Assembly (NCBI GenBank): GCA_963808715.1
Contig: CAWEHG010000015.1
Location: 8,732-72,731 of the forward strand
Reading direction: 5' to 3'
DNA: 64,000 nucleotides
DNA from: Ignavibacteriota bacterium
Lineage (GTDB): Bacteria; Bacteroidota; Ignavibacteria; UBA10030; UBA6906
Shown: in pieces, positions 1 to 7,917 of the stretch
Layout of the letters: each line of letters begins with the position of its first letter
Position numbering within the stretch: the first letter of the stretch is position 1
Made by a program: the position numbers and the translations under genes
The notes under the pieces: generated by a model
What the model was told of the DNA's origin: nothing
Seen by the model: only the letters and a program-made list of their open reading frames with translations
Database searches by the model: none

Positions 1-1300
1 CGCGGTCCGGCATGTCGTCCAACGCGAGCGAGATCCTGTCCAGCCACTGGACCTCGCGCGGGGGGAGCGCGAGTGCCTTCTGTCCGGCCGCTTCCTTCAT
101 GATCGTGACCGACGTGCGCGCAGCGGCGACCGTCTGCGCGTAGTGGCCCTTCTCGGCCACGATCGCCGAGGCGATCTTCACCGTCGATTCCGGCGAGAGG
201 ATCAGTGCCTGCGGACTCAGCCCGGTGTCCGAGTTGACCAGCATCGACTGGTACTGGCGTGCGGTTCCCTGCTTGATCGCCTGATTGAAGAGCCGGCAGT
301 CGTATGCCAGCAGCTCAAGGAAGGCTTCGGGGGCCGAACCCGACAGCAGCCGCACGTTCTGCACCGATTCGTTGCTCCAGAGGTCGCACATGGCGGCGGC
401 GACGTTCCCCACAGGACTGAAGTGCGCGCAGGCCGCCGACTTTCCCTCCATCGCGATCGTCGTCCCGGTGATGGCCTTGAGCACCGGTCCCTCATAGGCG
501 CAGTCCTTCGACGGTCCCATCGCGCCGCATTCGTAGGCCACCAGGCTGCGCACCGCGCTGGCCGCACGGATCACCGTGGCCAGAACCTCCGGCAGCATCC
601 CCTGACCCGCCAGTTGCATGGCGGTGTTGGCGAACCCGCAGGCGGAGTCCGCCCCCGGGACGACCCCGCGTCTCCGCGAGATCTCCACGATGGCCTTCCA
701 GAGCCAGTCCATGTCCCGCGGGGCCAGTACACCAAGGGCGAAGATCGCCCCCCGGACGTCCCCGTACATCAGCGCCTCGTCGTGCACCTCTTTGCCGCCG
801 ACGGACTCGATCGAGAAGATGTGCGCCCCCGATTCCGCGCAGCGCTCGAACGATTCGCACAGGATGTCCCATTCTTCGCCGGACCGGAGCAGCGGAGGAC
901 GCTGCCGGTCCCGCACGTCGGTGGGGGTGACCCGGAGGGCGGACGCGAGCCCGTACTCGTTATGCGCCTGCGCGAGAGCGCCGTGGAGGATCGAGGTGAT
1001 CTCCGCTCCCCACGCCGGCGTCTCCGTCATCGGGGGAAGCAACTCGAATTCGACGACCAGTCCCGGAAGCCGGAGCCGCCGGGATGCCCGGACGATCATC
1101 TCGCCGATCTCGCGGTAGTGCGCCAGCACCTCCTGCCACGTGCTCTGCTCGATCGTGACGGGAGGGAGAGTGAAATTCAGCTCAGGGAAGACCGTCCCTG
1201 CGCCGAGACGGAGGCCAAAGCCACAGTCGAGAGGCTGTGGGACGATGCCGAACTGAAGTCCCGCCGGGTCGGCAATGGCAAGTCGGGGAAAGGTCTGCAT
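1..1300 (-). CDS. mtaB: MtaB-like methanol:corrinoid methyltransferase homolog (C-terminus beyond window edge)
   Basis: Own minus-strand translation from ATG (plus 1298-1300) gives 433 sense codons to the window edge, so it is missing from the ORF track. MQTFPRLAIADPAGLQFG..; SIESVGGKEVHD, DSACGFANTAM, SLVAYECGAMGPSKDCAYEGPVLKAITG, AMEGKSAACAH and MCDLWSNESVQ are collinear with Methanosarcina MtaB as I recall it. Track ORF 143..1321(+) is its Arg-rich antisense shadow. Confidence 0.8.
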   Translation of the reverse strand, partial: MQTFPRLAIADPAGLQFGIVPQPLDCGFGLRLGAGTVFPELNFTLPPVTIEQSTWQEVLAHYREIGEMIVRASRRLRLPGLVVEFELLPPMTETPAWGAEITSILHGALAQAHNEYGLASALRVTPTDVRDRQRPPLLRSGEEWDILCESFERCAESGAHIFSIESVGGKEVHDEALMYGDVRGAIFALGVLAPRDMDWLWKAIVEISRRRGVVPGADSACGFANTAMQLAGQGMLPEVLATVIRAASAVRSLVAYECGAMGPSKDCAYEGPVLKAITGTTIAMEGKSAACAHFSPVGNVAAAMCDLWSNESVQNVRLLSGSAPEAFLELLAYDCRLFNQAIKQGTARQYQSMLVNSDTGLSPQALILSPESTVKIASAIVAEKGHYAQTVAAARTSVTIMKEAAGQKALALPPREVQWLDRISLALDDMPDR

Positions 1301-1390
1301 GGCGTTCCTGATATGAAATGACGTTTCGTACTGGGAATATAGGAAATGTCCTGGAATGCTGCATGCGCACGGGCCGATCCTTCGGTGGGC

Positions 1391-2545
1391 CTATGGCCCG
1401 ACGCGCGTGAAATCCAGCCCCCGGTCAAGATCCTCCAGCAGGTCATCGATATGTTCGATGCCGACGGAGAGCCGGATGACCTGCGGGTTGATCCCCGCCC
1501 GGGCCCGCAGGTCGGGGTCCATGGAGGCATGGGTCATCGTGACCGGATGATCGATGAGCGATTCGATGCCGCCGAGCGATTCGGCCAGCGAGAAGATCCG
1601 TACCCCGCGGAGAAGGTGATTCACCTCGTCGATGCCTCCCCTGACCTCGAACGACACCATGCCCCCGAACCCGTCCTGCTGCCGGCGGGCAAGTTCATGC
1701 TGCGGGTGATCGGGGAGCCCCGGATAGTGGACGCGGCTCACAGAGCGGTGAGTGCTCAGGAACTCCGCCACCGCTCGCGCATTCGACTCGTGCAGTCGCA
1801 TCCGCGGGACGAGGGTCTTTATCCCGCGCAGGACCAGCCATGAGTCAAAGGGCGATGCCCCCTGGCCCAGAGCGTTCGCCAGGTACTTGATCCTTTCGAG
1901 CACCTCAGCCTCCTTCGCCACGATCGCTCCGCCGACCACATCGCTGTGGCCGTTGAGGTACTTCGTCGTCGAGTGGACGATGATATCCGCGCCATGCTCG
2001 AACGGGCGTTGATTGTACGGGGAGAGAAAGGTGTTGTCGACGACCGCACGGGCTCCGACCTCGTGGGCGATCTCGGAAAGGGCGCGGATATCCAGGACGT
2101 TCAGGAGCGGGTTGCTGGGGGTCTCGATCCAGACCGCCTTCGTGTTCGGGCGCAGCGCCTTGCGCAGCGCATCCACGGACCGCAGGTCGGCATAGCTGAC
2201 GCCGATGTTGAACTGCTCCTGGTATGTCCGGAGGATCCTCTCCGTCCCGCCGTAGCAGTCATGCGTGCAGACGATGTGATCTCCCGGGCGAAAGAGATGC
2301 AGAACGGTGGTGATCGCGGACATCCCCGTTGCCACCACCGAGGCCCCTTGTCCCCCTTCGAGCGATGCGATATTCTCCTCGAGCGCGGTCCGGGTGGGGT
2401 TCGCCGTGCGGGTGTAGTCGTAGCCCCGGGTGACCCCGATATCTTCGAACCGGAACGTCGAGGTCTGATAGATCGGCGTGATGATGCTGTTGTAGGCGGT
2501 GTCCTTGTCGACTCCGACATGGACGGTTCGGGTCTGCAATCGCAT
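1391..2545 (-). CDS. Cys/Met-metabolism PLP enzyme (cystathionine gamma-synthase / beta-lyase / sulfhydrylase family)
   Basis: ORF 1391..2872(-); start moved to MRLQTRTVHVGVDKDTAYNS (ATG at plus 2543-2545). PLP-lysine motif HSTTKYLNGHSDVVGG. Full-length family-typical sequence, no frame breaks. Confidence 0.9.
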   Translation of the reverse strand: MRLQTRTVHVGVDKDTAYNSIITPIYQTSTFRFEDIGVTRGYDYTRTANPTRTALEENIASLEGGQGASVVATGMSAITTVLHLFRPGDHIVCTHDCYGGTERILRTYQEQFNIGVSYADLRSVDALRKALRPNTKAVWIETPSNPLLNVLDIRALSEIAHEVGARAVVDNTFLSPYNQRPFEHGADIIVHSTTKYLNGHSDVVGGAIVAKEAEVLERIKYLANALGQGASPFDSWLVLRGIKTLVPRMRLHESNARAVAEFLSTHRSVSRVHYPGLPDHPQHELARRQQDGFGGMVSFEVRGGIDEVNHLLRGVRIFSLAESLGGIESLIDHPVTMTHASMDPDLRARAGINPQVIRLSVGIEHIDDLLEDLDRGLDFTRVGP

Positions 2546-2826
2546 ACGGCGTTCCTCGGGAAAATGGGGAAAACCCCTGGAAAAGGGCTTTCTGGCGGCC
2601 CGGAGTCGCCATGACACAGCTGTCGCGGGCTTTTTCCAGGGGGAGATCAGAATGGGCTCGAAAAAGATAGGCAAGAGGGGCGTAGTAGTCAACCGGCGTG
2701 CCGTCGGGCGGCACGACCCGGCAGCCGCCGACGGGAATTTGACTTTTGCGAAAGTCTTTGCCATTTTCGGACAAGAGTCACCGTACGCTGCGTCGACCGT
2801 GGATCTCTTCTGAAAGAGGCTCCGGG

Positions 2827-3045
2827 ATGTTAGCGCGTGGTCCAAAATTCCTGCTGCGTTTCCTCCTTCCATTCATTCTGCTTGTGTTCCTGCTCTCGGG
2901 ATGCGTCTCGTCACGCGATGCCCTGCGCCTCGATCAGCTGGCGAACAATCCGCTGATGACGAACCTGCAGGACAACGACGAGGATCTGACCCAGATCGAG
3001 GACGGCACCGGCGCAGCCGGGGAGGCATCGGCCTGCCCCACCTGA
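2827..3045 (+). CDS. small lipoprotein, function unknown
   Basis: Internal ATG 2827 of ORF 2746..3045 gives MLARGPKFLLRFLLPFILLVFLLSGC: n-region, hydrophobic core and LSGC lipobox. 72 aa; ends 10 nt before the next gene. Confidence 0.55.
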   Translation: MLARGPKFLLRFLLPFILLVFLLSGCVSSRDALRLDQLANNPLMTNLQDNDEDLTQIEDGTGAAGEASACPT

Positions 3046-3055
3046 GGGTAGGGCC

Positions 3056-4099
3056 ATGTCTCGGGCGAGACAGCACACGGGGATCCACGGGTCACGGTCC
3101 AGGGGCGAGCGGGTGGTCGCCGCCATCGTCATCGCTCTGCTCTGGCCGGCGTCTGCGCTCGGGCAGGGCTACGACGATACGTTCGAGATGAGGAGCAAGC
3201 TGAAGCTCGAGCTGCAGTACGCGGACTACAGCCAGTACGAATACCCGGAGCCGATCCTCTTCGGTTATGGCGTCGGTCCCTATACCCAGAACGAACCCTA
3301 CATCGTCAACTTCCCCGAGTGGCGGGCGCTGGTCAAGTACACGCGCCTTTTCGGCCCGCGGACGGCGGTGAGCCTCAAATACCAGTTCTCGGATCTCAAG
3401 ACGGGCATCGCCGGTCATTACCTCGAAGGGAAGGTGACCCGCAACCTGAGCGATCCGGTGATCGGTCTCCTTTCGGGGGCGTACCTGTACGATTCCCGCG
3501 GCTTCGGTGCCTTCCAGGGGGGAGCGGGGCTCTCCTGGGAGATCAGCCCGATCACGCTGGTCCAGGTGGACGGGCAGTACTACCACCGCGGACCGGAGGC
3601 GGTTCCCCTCGGCGGAGAGATGGGTTCGCTGAACCTCCGGCTGAAATTCCGACAGGTCCTCACGCTCTCCACGGCGTTCTTCGCGGAATACAGCTACTAC
3701 AACGCGAACGGCGATGCGATCTCATTCCTCTCGCACAATCTGTCGCTCTGGCTCAGCCAGTACCTCCCCACAGAGACGGCCGTGCACTTCAACGTCCGAC
3801 TGTACACGAACACCGCCGGCATCAGGTCGATCTGCCCGTCGGTGGAGATCGGACAGTACCTGAACTGGGCGACCGTGCTTCTGCTCAAGTTCCGGTATTA
3901 CCAGAACGAGAGCGACAACGTCAGTCTCGGCGAGCAGGGAGTGATCATCCCCGACGGCCTGATCTCCAGGACGCTCAGCGCACAGGTGAACCGCGATATG
4001 TCGGCGACCCTTCTGATGTACCTCAAGTACCGGTACTACAAGAGCAACCTCGGCGTGGCGATGCATACGTACATGCTCGGCGGCGTATGGTCATTCTAG
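3056..4099 (+). CDS. putative outer-membrane beta-barrel protein, family not recognised
   Basis: ORF 3056..4099. Signal peptide ..VVAAIVIALLWPASALGQG; Tyr-rich alternating strand pattern; C-terminus ..HTYMLGGVWSF with terminal Phe, typical of OM barrels. Confidence 0.6.
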   Translation: MSRARQHTGIHGSRSRGERVVAAIVIALLWPASALGQGYDDTFEMRSKLKLELQYADYSQYEYPEPILFGYGVGPYTQNEPYIVNFPEWRALVKYTRLFGPRTAVSLKYQFSDLKTGIAGHYLEGKVTRNLSDPVIGLLSGAYLYDSRGFGAFQGGAGLSWEISPITLVQVDGQYYHRGPEAVPLGGEMGSLNLRLKFRQVLTLSTAFFAEYSYYNANGDAISFLSHNLSLWLSQYLPTETAVHFNVRLYTNTAGIRSICPSVEIGQYLNWATVLLLKFRYYQNESDNVSLGEQGVIIPDGLISRTLSAQVNRDMSATLLMYLKYRYYKSNLGVAMHTYMLGGVWSF

Positions 4100-4911
4100 T
4101 GAAGCAAAAACACCGGCGGCCCGATCGGCGACTCCGAGGCCTTCTCAACTCACCGGGGTTCCTGGCGGCCGTGGTCTTGACCCTCGCGGGATGCGGCAGC
4201 CCGCCGGAGCCGTTCCCGCCCCCGGATTCGGGTGCGATCCGGGTGAGCGCATTCTCCAGCGCCCCGATCGATTCGGTGTTGGTCCATCTGGACGACCTGG
4301 CCCAGGGTGTTTTTGCGAATCCGTGCACCCTCCGGTCGGTGGTAGCCGGGACCCACAAGCTTACGGTCGTCGACAGCACGGGCGCCCGGACGGATACGAT
4401 GGTCTCCGTTCGAAAGGACGAACTGACCTCGACCGCGGTCCGGCTCACCAGGATCGGTCCATACGTGGGGAACGAGGCGCCGGACTTCGCGGTGAAGGAT
4501 ATCGACGGTCGACAGTTCTCGCTCGGCGCCCAGAGGGGCCGGGTGGTTTTCGTCTCCTTCTTTGAATACACCTGAGCGACGTGCATCACGACGGAGTTTC
4601 CGTCGTTCCAGTACGGGATCTACATCCGGCAGGACACCGCGAAGTTCCGGATGATCGCGTTCGAGAACCTGTCGTCCACGGCATGGCTGAAGAGCTACCG
4701 CAGCTCCAAGGGGATCACCTATCCGATGGTGCTGGATTCCCTTGGCCAGGTGTTCTCCCCGTATCGTGTGGATCCGTGTACGGGAACGTCGTGCCGACAT
4801 GCATCCTTGTGGACAAGAAGGGGCATAGTGCGTTTTGGAGCGACAATCAGTTCGAATATGGTGCTCGTGCTGTCTGACAAGATCACCGAACTGCTGTCTG
4901 AACCACCATAG
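4087..4911 (+). CDS. TlpA/redoxin-like lipoprotein, candidate selenoprotein (T-U-A-T-C; Sec codon TGA 4573-4575), two frame breaks as sequenced
   Basis: ATG 4087 (frame of ORF 3319..4575): MVILVKQKHRRPDRR..VVLTLAGC lipobox. ..NEAPDFAVKDIDGRQFSLGAQRGRVVFVSFFEYT-TGA-ATC-ITTEFPSF..; the same frame resumes in ORF 4651..4911. The C-half ..GITYPMVLDSLGQVFSPYRV / VPTCILVDKKGHSAFW (ORF 4581..4877 frame) / VLVLSDKITELL needs frame changes near 4768 and 4855. Confidence 0.6.
4588..4606 (+). promoter_or_regulatory. candidate bacterial SECIS hairpin downstream of TGA 4573-4575
   Basis: ACGACGG-AGUUU-CCGUCGU: perfect 7-bp stem, 5-nt loop with G at loop position 2. Stem starts 12 nt after the TGA; loop starts 19 nt after it. 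Confidence 0.55.
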
Positions 4912-4950
4912 GCCGGATTGCGCTATTCCGGCAGAGATGGGAGGGCTGTC

Positions 4951-7251
4951 ATGAGCATTTGCGAAGCGTCTACTCGCCGAGGGTTTGTGTGGGTGGTATG
5001 GATTTGTTTGGCGGCGTCGACCGCAGTGGGTCAATGGAAATACATCGGTCCGGATGGAGGCGCTCTGGGGGCTATGGCGGGTCACCCCACTGATGCGAAT
5101 GTGGTGTATGTGGTATCCGCTGCCGACTACTCTACAAAACTCCTCAAGTCGGCAGACAAGGGATTGTCTTGGTATCAACTGGGAATTGTGGGTGCTCCAT
5201 AGGATGTCCTCCTCGTGGATTGGTCAAACCCCGCTCTCATGTACACTTGCGGCTATGCAGGACTTAGGAAGACGACCAACGAAGGGGTGACCTGGGCCAC
5301 CGTGAGTCTCCCCACGCGCAACTACCTGCAGACGATCACCCTTGACCCGCAGAGTGTCAGCACGATTCACGGTGCCGGGTACTATTACGATACGGCCGCG
5401 ATAGGGCTCTACGCGAGAAGTACGAATGGGGGAACGAGCTGGAGCACGAAGCTTCTGACCTCCCGCCGTTCGTACATGTATTGCGTGACGGTGGCACCCA
5501 CCAATACGCAGATGGTGTTCGTCGGGGGGTATGACGTGGATTCGCTCACGTTCGCTCATTGGCAAACTAATGCGAAGTACGAACGGTGGCTCAAGTTTTT
5601 CGGATTGCACGGGTCCAATGAGTGGGACGGTGAACCATGTTCTCTGCGATCCCCTAACGGCTGGCAAGGTCTACGCCGCCTGCAACGAGGGGGTATACCG
5701 GAGTACCGATTGGGGAACGACCTGGACCATGAACAGTGGGATCGTGCTCTATCCCCAACGATTATCCATATGCCCAGCGAACACGGCCGTCCTCCTGGCC
5801 GCTACGTGGACTACGGCATCTACCGAAGTACCAATGGAGGATCATCGTGGGAGGCTGTTACCTCCGGGATGCCCAGTGCTCATCCCAAAGCTGTCCTGAT
5901 CGAACCAGGGAACCCCTCGGTAATGTACGCGGCAACGACCGCTGGGTTCTGCCGGAGCACGAACGGTGGGGGACAGTGGGTGTGGTCCTCCCGGCGCATC
6001 CGGGCGGCGAGCGTAAGCACGCTGGCGTTTGCTCGTCGAACCGTTCGCGAGTCTATGCGGGAATCGAGCCTGATGGGGTATTCAAGACGTCCCGGTGCTC
6101 TCGGCATGGGAACGGTTGCGTGGCAGCCCACGGGATGATTCATCTCATGCAGGAATACCGTGCCTGGGGTGGTGGTGTCCATGTCCAATGCTGATTCGGT
6201 CTTCGTCCTTGAAGGGGGTGGCCTCTAAGCAACCCGGCGACGCTCCACGTGAGCGGAGGTGGCGGGGCCACCTGGACCGATGTTCCGGCAGTGTTGCAGG
6301 ATGGAGCAGCCCTGGTGTGGGGACAGGGTCTCTTTCAAGCAGGTTCGTACTACGATCCTGAAAAAGGAATCCGCCAAATCGCTGTGGCGCGGAGCACAAA
6401 TCGAGGGCACAATTGGGTCACGACTGTTCTCGCTCAGAACTCTTCTGGATACGCAACGTGTCTCAACTTCAGGGCGGACAATCCGTCTGTCGGGTATCTT
6501 TCCGGCTACTACTATGACAGCGCATGGTATTCGCACGGCAAGATCTTCAGGACAACCAATGGCGGTCTGTCTTGGGGAGAGATCGGGAATTCAGTCTTTG
6601 ATACGGGAAAACGCCCCGTGCTGGCGATTGTGCCTGATCCTGCCAACCCAAACCGCCTCCTATCAGGAACGTACAATGGGGTCTACTTCACTAGTACCGA
6701 TGCCGGGAGTACGTGGAATTCGCCGGTCCAGTCCTTCAGGGCCATGTGCATCACAGAGGACAAAACTGTGGCCGGGAGGTTCTGGGTTGGCACCGACAAC
6801 GCGGGCGTCTGGACTACAACGAACAGTGGGAGTAGTTGGCAACAACTGAACACCGGTCTGCCGACATCAAACATCCTTTCTATCGTTCACGATCCCGTAA
6901 GCCGCGTATTGTATGCGGGGACCAAAGGCGAAGGTGTCTTTCGCCTTGACCTTCCTACGGGGGTGGAACGAGAGCCGGGCGCTTCTTTACGAGTTCGCGT
7001 TGGATCAGAACTATCCAAATCCCTTCAACTCGACCTCCACAATAGGATTTCGAATCCCAGCAGATGATCACGTGAAGTTGACCGTGTTCGATCTTCTCGG
7101 GAGGGAGGTGACCGTGCTGGTAGACGAGCCGAAAAGTCCCGGTCAGTACCAGGTGCAGATGGACACAGGGAGGCTTGCCAGTGGAGTGTATGTTCTCCGA
7201 CTGACGTCCGGCACAAGGACTCAGACGCGGACGTTGATCTTGGTTCGCTGA
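4951..7251 (+). pseudogene. BNR/Ycf48-like beta-propeller repeat protein with T9SS C-terminal sorting domain (fragmented as sequenced)
   Basis: Stitched from ORFs 4918..5202, 5215..6138, 5531..5899, 5736..6194, 6095..6361, 6249..7067 and 6913..7251. Signal peptide MSICEASTRRGFVWVVWICLAASTAVGQ. Blades STNGGTSW, STNGGSSF, STDWGTTW, STNGGSSW, TTNGGLSW, STDAGSTW, TTNSGSSW. C-terminus ALDQNYPNPFNSTSTIGF..GVYVLRL..LILVR. In-frame TAG 5200-5202 plus at least six frame changes. Confidence 0.7.
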
Positions 7252-7293
7252 TTGTTGTTTGTAGCGAGAAGAACCCACACCATCGAAGGGCGC

Positions 7294-7829
7294 ATGCGTA
7301 AGAGAATGATCTTTACGTTTTGGTCATTGTGGTGCTACATGCTCACGCTGCCTTGGGGCAAGAGGGACTCAGGGCCGGGGTGAAAGCGCCGGACTTCTCG
7401 CTCGCGACGGTGCAGGAGCAGGTCGTTTCGCTGAAGGATGCGGTCGCCAAGGGGACGGTCATCCTTCACTTCTGGAAGTCGAAGTGAAGGGAGTGCCAGG
7501 CGGAGTTTCCGCCTCTCAAGAAGATCGCCGAGGAGTTCAGGGACGTCCGGGTCCTCTCCATCAACCCGATCGACATGGCCGGGCGGGTGCGGTCCGACGC
7601 AGAGAATTTCGAGCTTCCCTATGAGGTGCTGGTGGGGAGGGATTCCGATATCATCGAAACGTATCAGATCTTCAAGCTTCCACGCATCATCGTCATCGCG
7701 CGGGGCGGCACCATTTCCTACACGGAACGGTACGCGCCGTACGACAAACTCAAAGAAGAGGTGAACAAAGCGAGAGCCCAGAAAACCCCATCGATCGAAG
7801 TAGGGTCGCTGTTGAGATGTCATGGGTGA
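7294..7829 (+). CDS. TlpA/redoxin-like secreted protein, candidate selenoprotein (K-U-R-E-C; Sec codon TGA 7485-7487)
   Basis: Frame 0: ..LVIVVLHAHAALGQEGLRAGVKAPDFSLATVQEQVVSLKDAVAKGTVILHFWKSK-TGA-REC-QAEFPPLKKIAEEF.. runs into ORF 7575..7829 (..FELPYEVLVGRDSDIIETYQIFKLPRIIVIARGG..). N-terminus uncertain: ATG 7294 (MRKRMIFTFW, frame 1) needs a 1-nt shift in T-run 7318-7321, or TTG 7320 starts directly. Track ORF 7335..7823(-) is an antisense shadow. Confidence 0.65.
7498..7514 (+). promoter_or_regulatory. candidate bacterial SECIS hairpin downstream of TGA 7485-7487
   Basis: AGGCGG-AGUUU-CCGCCU: perfect 6-bp stem and the same AGUUU loop as the 4588..4606 hairpin. Stem starts 10 nt after the TGA; loop starts 16 nt after it. 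Confidence 0.55.
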
Positions 7830-7865
7830 CTTGGGTTGCTCCGTGGACTACGTTTCCATCAACAG

Positions 7866-7892
7866 AAAAGGCCCCGGACTACGGGGCCTTTT
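7866..7892. terminator. bidirectional intrinsic terminator
   Basis: AAAAGGCCCCG-GACUA-CGGGGCCUUUU: perfect 11-bp stem with a 5' A-tract and 3' U-tract, between convergent stops at 7829(+) and 7918(-). Confidence 0.8.
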
Positions 7893-7917
7893 CTGTCAAC
7901 AGCATGAGTGCCGGATC

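Noticed and set aside
143-1321. 392-aa plus-strand ORF, the longest listed ORF at the left end
   Set aside because: Arg/Pro/His-rich low-complexity translation with no motif. It is exactly antisense to a clean MtaB-like reading frame, so it is the GC-rich shadow ORF of that gene.
5200-5202. In-frame TAG read as pyrrolysine, tempting because a methanogen-type methyltransferase homolog is in the window
   Set aside because: MtaB-type methanol methyltransferases do not use Pyl. No pylS/pylT/pylBCD is visible. The TAG is in a beta-propeller blade within the most error-dense block. TAG is also used as an ordinary stop (for example at 1391-1393 and 4909-4911).
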